This document shows positions 49,013 through 62,046 of a stretch of DNA of 64,000 nucleotides, one piece after another. Source of the stretch: Laetmonice hystrix (taxonomy: Eukaryota). A program made the position numbers and the translations under genes. How positions within the stretch are numbered: position 1 is the first letter of the stretch; every line of letters begins with the position of its first letter. Location: assembly GCA_965235115.1 (NCBI GenBank), contig OZ249442.1:21452001-21516000 (forward strand), read 5' to 3'. The notes under the pieces are model-generated. The model ran no database searches and was not told the DNA's origin. It saw only the letters and a program-made list of their open reading frames with translations.

Positions 49013-49082
49013 TGTCCTGGATTCAGTTCGCTTGTCAATAATATAACCCCCAGTATGGAAGTGACACTGACGAGAGCCACAG
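49013..49082 (+). CDS. Candidate second exon of the 48499 gene
   Basis: ttacctttccAG | 70 nt | GTaaaa. Only frame 0 is open (CPGFSSLVNNITPSMEVTLTRAT), matching the phase-0 donor at 48669. Confidence 0.4.
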
Positions 49083-51023
49083 GTAAAACTGTTCAACGTG
49101 CCACGGACAAGCGTACACAAGGGAGGTAAAGTTGTCTGCCATTCGTCCATTTTCCCCCTGTATTATCCACTGAGGATTCCACAAAACGTGTTTGCCGAGT
49201 CAGCGATCAGTCGGAGCTACTTGGAGCAGGGCGGATCTACATCCGACCTCCGCGACCATTGTAACATGAATGATGCATGAAACTGGGGGCTTGCCCTGAA
49301 ATAACGGGTCTTTGTGAACATGGCCAACGGTAGATTGGCGGGATCGTCGTAGTGACGACCACATATTACTAATTCGAAATGTCGGTACTTCTCCATTCCT
49401 CAGGAGATGACAGAAACGGTGTGCCCATGCTGTAACACGGACTACTTCGTGTCGCCCTGTCATCTCCACCGTACACGAGGGAGGAAGTAAGCCCAAGAGC
49501 ACGCGAATTGCGGCATGGAACCCTCTCAGTATGGTTGCCAGAGTTAGAACGTTCCTTCAGGACCACCGCGGGTACATATCACACGCTCAAATACGCATTA
49601 GTTTGAGGAGCCTTTTCTTTGATCGGGACGTCTTGAAGGAGTTTCTACCCCTCGTACTGATAGCCAAGCAGCGCAGGAAGAATATAGAAGTCATTGCAGA
49701 GTCCTTGGCCTCCAGGAAGATTCTAAATAGCTGAATAGTTGCTGTTTATAGCCGATAGATCAAATCTTAATTTGCCCACGGCAATTGATCAAAGAGAGTA
49801 GACCTATGTCCATCGTTACCTTGGCAACAAAGTTGCTGCGACATTCTAATTTTCTGAAGCAACGGCAAGACACAGACTCTCTTGGCCATAGAAAGCTTAC
49901 ATGAGACCGACAAAAGGCATTGGAACCTAGTCAGCAAGTGATGGTTCCACATCTCAACCGTCACGTTCACATTTGTCAATCATCCTTGGCTCTATACAAG
50001 TTAATATACCTTAGTGCTGTATCAAATCTAATCAGAAACCCCATGAAATCTACTGGCAGATATGTTTGAATAAATAATAACCGCTGATTATGATAGAGAT
50101 CAATATAAATGTCCTTATTAAACTTAGAGTCACAATCTCCTGGTCTCTGCGGGTCTATGTTGCCAGAACTGTTAGAAGAGGACTTTTTTTGCACCAATTG
50201 GATAATAACATTGATTCCATCGAGAGAAATGCACGGATCTAACAAAGGTTAGAATTGCTATGAATAAAAGAAATCTAGGTGTACAAGATTCCGGAATTGG
50301 GATAACTCATTCTGGGGGGTTATTTTACATACGGATTGTATTCGTGGGGAGGTGAGACCGTTATCCGTCGATATCTGGTAATAGCGCGTTTTGACAGTTT
50401 TAATGGGTCTAAAATGAGTTTAAATGAACTTTTTTTAAAAGAACTTGCCATTCCGAAAGGTTGAATGATTACGTGGAGTACATAGCCAGAGGTCGCGGAC
50501 GGCTAACTACGAACCGAGGTGGGGGCGGGGTGGGTGGGTGGGATGGCGCTGAACTTGTTGTATAGGCCATCATTATGCATGGACAGTGCCACCCATGAGC
50601 TTTTTGTGTGTAAGTCGACTGATTTGCTTATTCATGATCATTGTACCATGCATACACTGTCGAGCCACCAACCTCGACACAGTGACTAGTATGAGAGGCA
50701 GCCATGTATTCTAAACTACAGTGACCCCTACACATGTCTACAGTGGGAGGGGGTGCGTGGGAGTAGTCCTGTCAGAAAACAACTGATAAATAACCATTTG
50801 CTAGCTATATATATGCAAACATAGTTTAGACGAATACGTAAACTGTTACGTAAGTCAATCATACTTTTTAAATGTTCTCCTATACGAATTTATAACTATA
50901 GCGTTATATCCTATACTCAGACTCTTGTTCAAGGATTTATCACTTTAAAATATTGTATATATATGTCATCAAATTAACTAATCTTTTTTTTTTGGTTAAT
51001 ATCCGGTTTTATCTCCATAATGG

Positions 51024-51410
51024 AAATAATATGTAGGTTTAGCTATGGTGCAGTGCCTAACCTATAGATCTGATGGGTCTATAGCACAAATAATATGTAG
51101 GTTTAGCTATGGTGCAGTGCCTAACCTATAGATCTGATGGGTCTATAGCACAAATAATATGTAGGTTTAGCTATGGTGCAGTGCCTAACCTATAGATCTG
51201 ATGGGTCTATAGCACAAATAATATGTAGGTTTAGCTATGGTGCAGTGCCTAACCTATAGATCTGATGGGTCTATAGCACAAATAATATGTAGGTTTAGCT
51301 ATGGTGCAGTGCCTAACCTATAGATCTGATGGGTCTATAGCACAAATAATATGTAGGTTTAGCTATGGTGCAGTGCCTAACCTATAGATCTGATGGGTCT
51401 ATAGCACAAA
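51024..51410. repeat. 64-bp tandem repeat, 6 identical copies
   Basis: Unit aataatatgtaggtttagctatggtgcagtgcctaacctatagatctgatgggtctatagcaca. Confidence 0.97.
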
Positions 51411-51807
51411 GGTGATAAAGTCGAGGGTGAGCAGCAAACGAATACGAATTTGTCAATTCACACCACAAGGCATTACCTGAAGCAAAATGCCCCCCCCCCC
51501 CCCTATCACCTCAAGCAAAATGCCCTCACCCACAATTATATTATCTGTTCCGCCGCTACTGATCTTGTAAATAATAGGAAGTGTTCTTAAACTTGAAGGC
51601 GTTTCTCTTCATTGAGAAACTCACAAACTTCACTTACACCCTAATATGTATCGAGGCCCGCTTGCGTTCTACAATACATTCTGTTTCACATGTCTTCCCT
51701 CTCTGCATTTCATAATGTAAAGCGAATGAAGTATTGAGATGTATAAGGAACGTAGTGACATCACTTTACAAGTGCCTAGTTCCAGTGGCCCATTCGTCGC
51801 AAGTCCT

Positions 51808-51909
51808 GCCAAACGAAATCTCTCTTCTCACAGCTCAATCCCTCCCCCACGCCTCATTTAGATCTAAGGCTGAATGAAAAAAGTGAAGAATTGCCTAAAA
51901 CTGCCGTAT
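51808..51909. repeat. 102-bp copy of 48744-48845
   Basis: gccaaacgaaatctctc...ctaaaactgccgtat; 101/102 identical. Confidence 0.9.
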
Positions 51910-53382
51910 CTTACTTTAATGTTCGCCTCTTGGTGTGTTCTCGGCGGCTCTACACCTGCGCACACACACCTACACGGACCTACGCCTGCGCACACACGGA
52001 CCTGCCTCCTTGCAGTTCCTAATTTCACAGCTCACCGGAGCGCCTTTTTAGCGAAATAATTATACAGGGGAGTTTTTAAAAATGTTGTCGTTTACATTAC
52101 AGCAATACGACAAGAAATTGGATTGAGGGCTCTGGAGACTATGCACCTGAATGATATTCCAGGCCTGAGTTTACCATGATGGCGAACAAGTGAACACGTA
52201 CAATGCATTAGTCGTTCTTTTTTCATTCAAAACGAAAGTCCCATATGTAGTGTTTGCATTTTTTAAAACTCCGTGTATTTATAAGATTGGGGTTCTCGTT
52301 ATGGTAAAAAAAATATTCAATCACCTACTTGCCCGCAAGCGATATCAGCATTACTAGATCCAAATATCCAGAGACTAGGAGAGACACAAAGGAGGAATGT
52401 AAATCCAATCCAAGTGAACTTCAAATGTTGTCCTTGTCACAGTAGAACTGAAAATCTTTCAGTTACAGTGTAAATGTATACGACAACAAATTCACTCAGC
52501 ATTGTATACAGCGCGTTTGGCGAATGTTCCTCGGAATGACAGGCTTTAATATTCAATGCAATAACTTGTGTCCATTTCAAGGCATTTCGCGCCATTACTC
52601 GGATTCTATTTCCTGGCCTTCTTCCAATTACAGTGACTCTAGATCGAATGAAATATTAATGTGTGTTGTCACTGGCGTGATTGACAGACACAGTGGGCAT
52701 GATTGAGTGTTAATCCTCCGTACAGTCCTCTTCCCTCTCAGAACTCTCAGGGATAATCTGAGAAATAAAAATACTTTCATCGAGTCTGTGTCATTTAGAT
52801 GGGTGGAAATATCAACTGGAATCAATTCACGACAGAATCATATGCGTTAAGTCCCTCTTAGATACTGTATTAAATGTTTCCCAGCTACATTTTCAACAAA
52901 GGTAATTTAGTATTTATGAGGGTATTTACAACACTGTCGCTATCGCTCTCAGAATTCGTCTGACGAATGGCGAAAAAGACCAGGAGAAAATACCACGGCG
53001 GTTGACAACATGAAGAAAACGAGTCAGTGAATAGGCAGTGCAAAGTTTAGAAATTAGCAATGTGATAGCACTATTCAACGTAGCTGACTCGGCGGCCATC
53101 TTTGATTTTCTCAGTGAATCAGCTGAACCTTGTTTTCGTCACTTTCATAATAGCTCTATAACACATTATGTTTGGAGGTGGTGGGGGGGGGGGCGTTTTC
53201 CAGGCTATGGTATACTTTGACCGGGTAATGCCGAGAAAGGATGACTCTACTTCAAAAGCATGGAGGGGGGTTAGTATAAACAAACTACGGATGTTTCACC
53301 GAACGTTGGACGAGGTTTATATTACATGACCTATCATCGACCCCCAGCCACAAAGGTTGTCGTATGTACAAATGGGCTCCGG

Positions 53383-53677
53383 GGCCCGGGTTTTTTTGTT
53401 TGTTTACTTTTCCACCGTGAGCAAGGGTGAGCTGAGCTGAGCAAGCGTGAGCATGAGCTCATTCTCACCGTTTTCGTGGGGTTTTTTGGTTGCTTTTTTC
53501 GATGAGGCGTGCAGCTCGCGGAAAAACACCCCCAAAAACGAAAACAGTGAGCAAAACGGTGAGCATGAGCTTCTGCCACCCTTGCTCAGCTCAGCTCACC
53601 CTTGCTCACGGTGGAAAAGTAAACAAAAAAACCGGCCTCTGCTCACCCTTGCTCAGCTCAGCTCACCCTTGCTCAGC
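53383..53677. mobile_element. Foldback/MITE-like element (~255 bp) with extra terminal sub-repeats
   Basis: Perfect 45-bp inverted pair at 53401-53445 and 53581-53625; inner pair agctcat.ctcaccgtttt; extra ctcacccttgctcag copies at 53640-53677. Confidence 0.8.
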
Positions 53678-54011
53678 AATCACCTCCCCACCCCACTGGT
53701 ACCCAGTCTGATTTTATGTAGTTCGTGTCGGTTGATGAGTCGCTCGGGGGGTTCGGGAACAATTCGTTTTCTATAGTGTCAAAGTGGTGATTTCAGAGGA
53801 TGGCACTGATTCCTTTCCGAGGCAAGTACTAAACGGGAAGATGCTACCTCACACGCGCTCATAACACCACCTTCCTTAGCCTCGTTCAACAATAAGGTCC
53901 AAAGACTGCATACCCACTAATTTCCATTAGGGCCCCTACTTAGTGCTCAGATTACCGGAATGGGAATCTTGACACTATGGACAATGCCGTTTCTGCCCGT
54001 TGTCAGACCAG

Positions 54012-54214
54012 GGGCCCGTTTCATAAAGTTCTAAGTTTAGGCGCTCGTTAAGGTGTGAAACGCGTTAATAAACGCATAACTCATAAAGCGGGCGTTAACA
54101 TACGCAATTCTGTGTAATTGACGCGTTAAATGGATTTTCTTTAGCGCGGATAAAAAAGGTGCGGATTAAGTCTTCGCTAACTGATCTATTGCTAACGAGT
54201 TATGAGACAGGCCC
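54012..54214. mobile_element. PIF/Harbinger-type MITE, 203 bp
   Basis: TIRs gggcccgtttcataa / ttatgagacaggccc (13/15). CAG flanks both ends (54009-54011, 54215-54217), a CWG-type 3-bp TSD. Confidence 0.8.
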
Positions 54215-55344
54215 CAGCCTAGCTTTCCTTTCTGTATGAAGGAAACATTGTTTACTTAAGTACTAGGGATCCAAGTAAATAATCCTGCCACAGCGTTTTG
54301 TCCTCCGACGTGTTTTCGCTGCGTATGCAGCACAAGTAGGTTCTATACGACCAAACCTATAGATTTCTCCCGATAGCACATCTCCCGCCATAATTTGGCG
54401 GACAACCTCCCATCAACCCGTGTAATTGCATACTGTGTCACATCCTGTGTGTGCACTCTCTGCATGTGCTTAGTCACGTGCTTTGCTTAGTTGTAAACAA
54501 TTCAGCAGTGGCACTCGATCGCCCGGCATCAGAATGCCACCCAAAACGAAATCGGCAGAGAAGCAGGCAAGGGAGCTTAATAAACTTCGATTTCTCACGC
54601 AAAATGAAACTGATAAGTCTGTCTTTGTTTACCAAGCAATTTTGATGAAGGATCTCTTTATGAAAACAGCAAAAATTCTATGAAATGCCGATTTTTAACG
54701 TTTCCTCATAATATGCCCCTTTAAGAGTCGGGGCCCTCTGTAGAGACAGCTTCCGATCTGGGCCCCACAACCGAGGTGAATCAGGTCAGGTAAAGAAGTT
54801 ATACCGGAGAGTCCACGTAGTCAAATGTCAAGTCTTTGTTATTTCTAGATGTCACGGGAGGTGACACCTGTACAAAGAAAGATTACAGAAGCATCTACAT
54901 ATCCCAGAAGTTTAAAGGACCATTATTCAGATACTCTTATCACAGGCCCCACCGCCTTTATGAGAAGATCCGTGATGAGAAAGGTCCTTGGCAGCATTGT
55001 TCCCAGGAAACAGGCACACAATGATAGAGCCACGCGAAAAGATAAAAAGATAAATTACATTTTTACCTTCAGTTATTGGAAAATGATTATTTCAGTTTCA
55101 CTTTGCCACTTTGCCAAGTAATCGTAAGAAACGTTTCGAGAAATCAATTTTTCAAGAAATAATTAGTCCTTTTGATTATTAACTTGGAACACTCTCTGAA
55201 AAATAATATCGAATTTTGTAATATTTCGAAGGCACTCCAATTCTCACTGCACGTAAGACTTCCTTCCTTGTCATTACTGTGTGTTCATGTCGTCTGAGAA
55301 TTTTATATGACGACAAAATATAAGTAAGTGAATACATGTTATAC

Positions 55345-55547
55345 TCTTCTCTCCACCTCTCTCTCTCTCTCTCTCTTTCTCTCCCTTTCTCTCTTTCTCT
55401 CTATCCCTCTCTATCTATGTTTCTATCTATCCCTCTCAATCTCTATCTATCTCTCTATATCTATCTCTCTCTTTCTCTCTATCCCTCTCTATCTATCCCT
55501 ATGCCCTATGTCTATCTATCCCTCTCGTTTGCTCTCTCTCTCTCTCT
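55345..55547. repeat. Compound (CT)/(CTAT) microsatellite
   Basis: Direct reading. Confidence 0.95.
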
Positions 55548-55909
55548 GAGATATGAAACTCGTGTTTAGTGACAGTTTTGTGACATTGGAGCCAGGAGGC
55601 AGTGCCTCACGATACACCCCCAATGGTAACCAATCCAGGATTTAATGCGGTTATGTTGTAATTGCCTTAAGCTGACCATCGTTCGAATCTATCTATAGTA
55701 AGTTATTGCTTTGATGTTAAAGGATCGAAGGATTCCGTTGTGTCTACTCGGCTTTTGGTTCGTGAAGTCGCCACAAATTGCTCTGACTTTAAACAGATAA
55801 TTTCTTCATAAAGTAAAGGATATTAAGCAATAGTTATGATACGGGGCGTCGAAAGATTCTGATACTTGGTGCAATGAATCAGTCAGTGTGGGGGGGGGGG
55901 GGGAGTGAG

Positions 55910-56090
55910 TGTATTTTTCTTTTTTGAAATGCACGGGCATCAGGGGTAACCCAATTACTTTGACAATGTCCCTAAAGAGAAAAGTTGTATAGTCCTCTAC
56001 AGGAATCGAACCCCGGCCCCAAGATTACTGCACCCATTCGCATAGCATAAGGTGTCGACACCCATGCTCACTCGGCCACCGCCACTCCCC
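55910..56090 (-). mobile_element. tRNA-derived SINE (copy 1)
   Basis: Minus strand: A-box TGGCCGAGTG (56078-56069), B-box GGTTCGATTCC (56012-56002), A-rich tail tcaaaaaagaaaaataca. Confidence 0.7.
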
Positions 56091-56242
56091 TAAAAAGGAG
56101 CTTTGGTGGTCCAGCAGGACAATGGACCCTCCCCCTACACACATCTTCCGAAATGAGACGGAATCCATATTTTCCTAGATAGAGCTACACATGATTTCTA
56201 CCGAACATTGACTGTTAAGGTAATCCTGGCACTGACGTAGAC

Positions 56243-56423
56243 TGTATTTTTCTTTTTTGAAATGCACGGGCATCAGGGGTAACCCAATTACTTTGACAAT
56301 GTCCCTAAAGAGAAAAGTTGTATAGTCCTCTACAGGAATCGAACCCCGGCCCCAAGATTACTGCACCCATTCGCATAGCATAAGGTGTCGACACCCATGC
56401 CCACTCGGCCACCGCCACTCCTC
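56243..56423 (-). mobile_element. tRNA-derived SINE (copy 2)
   Basis: Same A-box and B-box (B-box at 56345-56335) and tail as copy 1. Confidence 0.7.
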
Positions 56424-59287
56424 TAAAAAAGGAGCTTTGGTGGTCGAGCAGGACAATGGACCCTCCCCCCTACACACATCTTCCGAAATGAGACGGAATC
56501 CATATTTTCCTAGATAGAGCTACACATGATTTCTACCGAACATTGACTGTTAAGGTAATCCTGGCACTGACGTAGACTGTATTTTTCTTTTTTGAAATGC
56601 ACGGGCATCAGGGGTAACCCAATTACTTTGACAATGTCCCTAAAGAGGGGGCAGATGTCGTACGACCGTGGCAGTCGGCGCCAGGAGGTATAGGTTATAG
56701 TGGGGGTCCTTTTACAATGGTGCCAGAATCATCAGATTCTGTTGAACTTGAGCAGTTTTCAATTCGGAGATATTTGTGTGCAACAAGTCTGGGTCCAACT
56801 ATACAGCCTGTTTTTGACCATAAATTGTCCACACCCTTTGCATATTTAAGTGGTCCCCACTTTTTGCACAAAACAGGCTTTCAAATAAAGACCATCCCTC
56901 CAATTCGGATGATCTTGGTAGCATTCTCCATTTTTAAAAACGTTCTTCATTTGCAAAATAAATAACATGTTCTATGCCTTTTCCAGTCGTTCTGGATCAC
57001 CCGTACTATGCATACGGATTCCTGAAACTGTGACGAAGAGCTAGAGCTGCAGTTAGGAGACCAATCAGAAATACCGACTTGTATATCACTCCTGGAAACA
57101 CTCCTCCACTCTCTGCATGCTCCGGGTCGACTTCAGATTTCTTTGGTATTTTAATATCATCTGCCTAATATTTAAAGTCCAAGTTGTCCTCGCCTGTCAT
57201 TTCGCCAGTCCTGATTTTTGTTGGCACTAAAGAAATGAGTTACGTCGAAATGATCTGGTCAATAATTTTTAATGATTCTGGGGGGTTTTTGGGTGGAAGG
57301 GGCCCGTGCGTCAATCGTCGGTCGGCGGTGGTTGTTGCATAGAGTTTTATACTTGTCAGAAATTTGGACAAGGGGTCTCCAGTGAAATCATTCATTTTGG
57401 TCCATTCCGCGGAACCGTACAACAAACTGCTTCCGATGTCTGTTCTCATCATGTGCATGAATATTTGAAAACTGCAATTTTATTCGGCACCCCGGCCTGC
57501 CTTACATGATTAACCCAAGCCACCCGACAAATACAAACTGTGCGTGTGTATGATGTTAGCTTGGCATTCGTATCGCCTAGGTCGCACACCTATATGTGGT
57601 CGGCCGAGAACTGACCAAAATCGTGCCTCCCCGAATTCTGGCTTTCTTTTGTACCATTGCCAGGAGCCCATTCATCCATTCTTGTATCAAGTGTCTATTC
57701 GTCTGTGTGATTCCTTCACGTTATCCGTAAGGCCCCTTCCAACCCCGCCCCATCCCGCCCCCTTTCTGGCAACCCCCCCCCCCCCCCCAACCTCCTCGAC
57801 CTAAACCAGGTATTGGCGCCAGTAGTCTGCCTTCTCAATATGGGTATTGCCTCGACCCTGCATCTGGTCAGTTGACCCCTTCTGTGTTACTGGGATTTAT
57901 TGAAAGGAAGTCGAAGTCAAGGACACCCTTTAGATGCACCACACGTCTTGGTAAAAGAGGCAGCTAGCCAAAGAACTTTCATATTAATTTGTTGCTACGC
58001 TTCATTAAATGCTACATGTGATCAGTCGGTGATAAAAGGAGCAAGATACACTGTAACTACGATAAAGAATACCTCTATCACATAATGTTTATATACAGGC
58101 TTTAAATATCTTTTGGCCCTTACAATAATTTAGAACTTCCATGCTCGACTTTCTTTATGTTTTTAACACAATTCGTCAAAATTTTATGTCATGTCGGGCC
58201 TCCAGGAACCAAACTGCATGTCCCAATACGGCACATAAGGCATGCATGATAATCTCTAAATTTTGGTAACTTTTTTTTAACATTAACTTCCAACATCAAA
58301 CGTTAACAGATAACTCTGATTTTCATTTGAGTTTGAGAAAACCGAAAGAATAAACACCACCTAACTACCTAAACAATGACTGTCATCAAATATTACGTCC
58401 TGTGTGATGAAGTGAAATATTGGCCTATTACATCTGTCAACACCCACTTACACCTGTCAGCGCCCACTAAATATTACATCGTGTTGATGCAGTAATTAAG
58501 GATCCTACTTGAGTAACCCCATCGTTTATGTGTGTCGCCGGCTCTTTTTGTCAGTGACGAGCTACTGGCCTTAGCTAATACAGTATGAAACAGGGGATTT
58601 TTTAAACAATAAATTCTCTACTACCGACCCTTCTGTAGTTAACTGACCGACTGACCCGGGTATGACCTGTCTATAGAAAATGTGGCGGGTCTATAACTGC
58701 GTACGGTATTGATGAAGTTAATTTGTCGGGTTTATCTTCTACATGGCGATACAAACGCCTTTTATGATATTCATACCGGGAACATGCAATACCATTTCGC
58801 CTGACAGAATCGTATCAGAGCGACTGTACCTATATCATGTGTCGGTGCTACCAGCTCATCTTGATGGCCAAATTGAAGGGGACCGAATGTATTCAATATT
58901 TATGGGACTAGTTGAGCTGAGGTACAATTTTTGCCAGTAGTGCTATGAATCATTAACCGAGTGTTGATCACATTTCCAATAACTTCGTGGCTATGAAATG
59001 AAGGACCCATATATAGTAATCATGAGACAATAATGATTCGTTCTGACCTATAGTAGAACCTTGGGGTGTTCCATTGGTCCTGATCAATCTGACATTACCA
59101 TGTATAGTTCAATAAGGAGGGATGATCGCAGGGTCAGGGAGCCATTGAAAAACCAATCCATCACCGGACTCAGGGAAACTCACGTCACTGACAACAGGTT
59201 CAATAAAAGAAATGTTCAAACCTGTGGGAAAATAATATTTTCAATTTGATAATGGTGTGGACCCCCCCCCCCACCCTACAAAAAAAT

Positions 59288-59400
59288 TGTTGAATTTCAT
59301 TAGATTTCTCCATTTCTGTGGGTAAACATTTATTGATTTATGCAGTCTAAGAATTAGCCCATGTCTGCATTTTGGAGTCATTAAAAAGAGAGATACACGG
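59288..59400. repeat. Dispersed repeat fragment matching 3396-3520
   Basis: See 3396-3520. Confidence 0.7.
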
Positions 59401-62046
59401 TGATTGCTTTAAATAAAATGATTCTTTATATTCCAGCTTGGTATATGTTTGTCAACTTTCTAAGGTCGACGCCATAACCGAACTGGGATTACTACAACCA
59501 GGCGAACAACATAATAAATGTTTCGCTTACAAGGCCTAACAATTATAGCGCTGATCAGCAGTGCCAAAATTACGAAAGCCCAGAAGGCTCATGCGAAATC
59601 CGAAATGTGTATGGTAGCCCGGACCCTCCAGGTGTAAGTTTTGTGTCCCACGGCAATGTGTCTTTAGGATGGATTCAATCCAAGACGCATTACAGAACAA
59701 CCGTAATTTTCACAAACTCATATTTTCTTATATCTTACGAAGACAACAGGATAGTACAATTGTTGTGTGTAAGTCTACTAGAAATAATTCGATTTAAAAA
59801 TCCCTAGCACCTTGCTATAAGGATAATACATTCAAGGGAGGACAACGATATTGTTATTCTTGTTACCTTGAGAATCATAAGGCCCCCTATAAAACCTTTG
59901 AGCCTGACTGATGATGGAGAAAGCCTCACTCTCCCTCCTTCACTTTTCTATTATCTTCTTCCTTATTCTCCTCTTTCTTTTTTTTCTCTTTATTTTTGGC
60001 TGGCAAGTTGTTCTGATTAATTTAATTTGTATGATAGGCAGGCGGGGAGAGTTGGCAGCGTTTAAAACTTGGCTTTTCACCCCATTCACTTTCCCGACAC
60101 AGAGGCAGCCCCGGCACAGCGTAGGCGGGGTACCGTCGGCGCCGTCAACGCCAACTATCAATATAAAGATCTTTTTAGCATCTAACCTTACGGTGAGGCT
60201 GCTTCTAATTTGTTGTTCGCGATTTGTTTGTGATTTGGCCTTCGTCGGCATACGTAGGCACCAAACTCAGACAAAACGATCTTAAAATACGCCCTGGATC
60301 CGGATCTCATATGAACCCCCATAGGTGCAGGGAGGGGGACATATGAGAAGCATTTGCCTATCATTTTTTTAATCTATGCATTATATGTTAGACCTAGGTA
60401 CACTTCATATACTGGATTCGTTACAGATTCGTTATATTCTGTCGCAAAGAATCATCTTTCGACAGGGAAAAAGATTAAAGCCAAATAACGGCTTGTCATG
60501 TAGCAAGACTTTTTGTAATATTGACACTGCCTATATGTTCCCAAAGGTTTTTTACTAACACTTGCAATGTAAAAATTACAATTTTACCTCCGTGTTAGCT
60601 ACTACAAACAGAAAATCGCGAACAATTAACAAAAATTATCCGACACTATTCAGCCGTGCCTCCTCCGATTTGAACTGGGAGAGTCACGTGATCTTTCTCA
60701 CAAAGTGAAACTAGCGGGCGTTAACCAAGGTAAACAATAACATTACGCTAGCCGAGTGTTCAAGGAGTATAGGAGATTGCATAATATGTATATTCCGCCA
60801 TTACTTTAATTTGCTCTCTCTTATACGGCCCTAATGTATGAATACACGTACATGTCCATACGTTATATCAATTTAACTTTTCAGCATCCGTTTGATAAGA
60901 AAACATAATTTACAAGCGTCGAACGTCTGCCTTTGGAAGCGTTGGTAATTACTTGGCACACATACCCAATACAGCAATTAGCTCGGACTAATCCCGCTCC
61001 ACTTCTTGGCAGTGTGTAAACTTTCTGGTCAGAGTTCCTACGATCGTGACAAACAAAGGAAGGACTTTTCTTCATCTCAGTGCAGGGAGCCCACGCTTGA
61101 AGTCGGGTATTCGTTATGGACACTTGGCTTCAGACCAGGACTTGTCGCCAAGACTTAATCGGCTTCATCAGCGGCTGACATCAAAGATACGTGCAGGATA
61201 TATTCATCCTCGTGAAATCGACAAGCCAGCACCATCAGACGCCCACAAAGTCACCTTACTGCCCACAGACGACGTGGTATGTTCTGGTCGGATTCAAAAG
61301 GCTCCTGAACACCCCTGGATCTATATAGACTTCTGGTTGAAATTTGGCGCACACCTATCTCCGCTAATATACCACGGCTTGGGCCCTTTTTACTGTCATG
61401 TTCACGCGCCCGTCTGAGGGCCAAGTTTGGTGCTCCCTTGCTGGTACTGGAAGGAAGCGCCTATACATAACCACGCCCGTCCTATACCGAATTCTCCAAC
61501 TCCAATCCAATTTATCAGCACGTCACTGCGAAATTGGGAGCACAGGGGAACCAGTTCTGAACTTGAACTTTGGTGGACTCCAGCACCGATGTGGAATTTA
61601 CTAAGACGGCAATTTTATAAAAGAAAGTCAATGCAACGATTGTAGTGGATTGTATCCAGGAGATGGCGTTAGTGGTCTACTGCAGAATGGCTGCCTGGTT
61701 GGACAATTATTGACGGTCACTGTGAATGATACTTACAAAAACATCCGTCTTGAAAAAAAAGTGAAATAAAATAATCTCGTTAACTCCTACAGGCTGCAGA
61801 TCCATGTCCTGAAGTTACAAGCGATGTGAAAGTGAAATCCGGTCTTCTTGATTGTTCGCCTATAGGTTACAATACAGCTAGTAGCTTGCTCCACTGGTCT
61901 GTCAAAACGTTGGCAACACGTAACCACATTAGATCTTGACCTGATTTTCTCTCTCACATCGTACTTATTTAAAACCGCCTATTTGATACTCGTGCAAAAC
62001 TAGGTCCTGCATTTCAGACTGCCATGGAGTCGGTGTCTGTGTTGCG

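Larger units (their letters stand above)
55910..56647. repeat. 333-335 bp tandem duplication (2.2 copies) containing a SINE
   Basis: tgtatttttcttttttgaaatgcacggg starts at 55910, 56243 and 56578; the copies differ at only a few positions. Confidence 0.95.

Noticed and set aside
49413-49445. VVRVTAWAHRF on the minus strand, like the BEL/Pao LRVTAWxxRF motif
   Set aside because: Single motif; the expected WxHV/NPAD and GRL neighbours were not found, and the plus strand has a competing exon-like reading. Needs tBLASTn.
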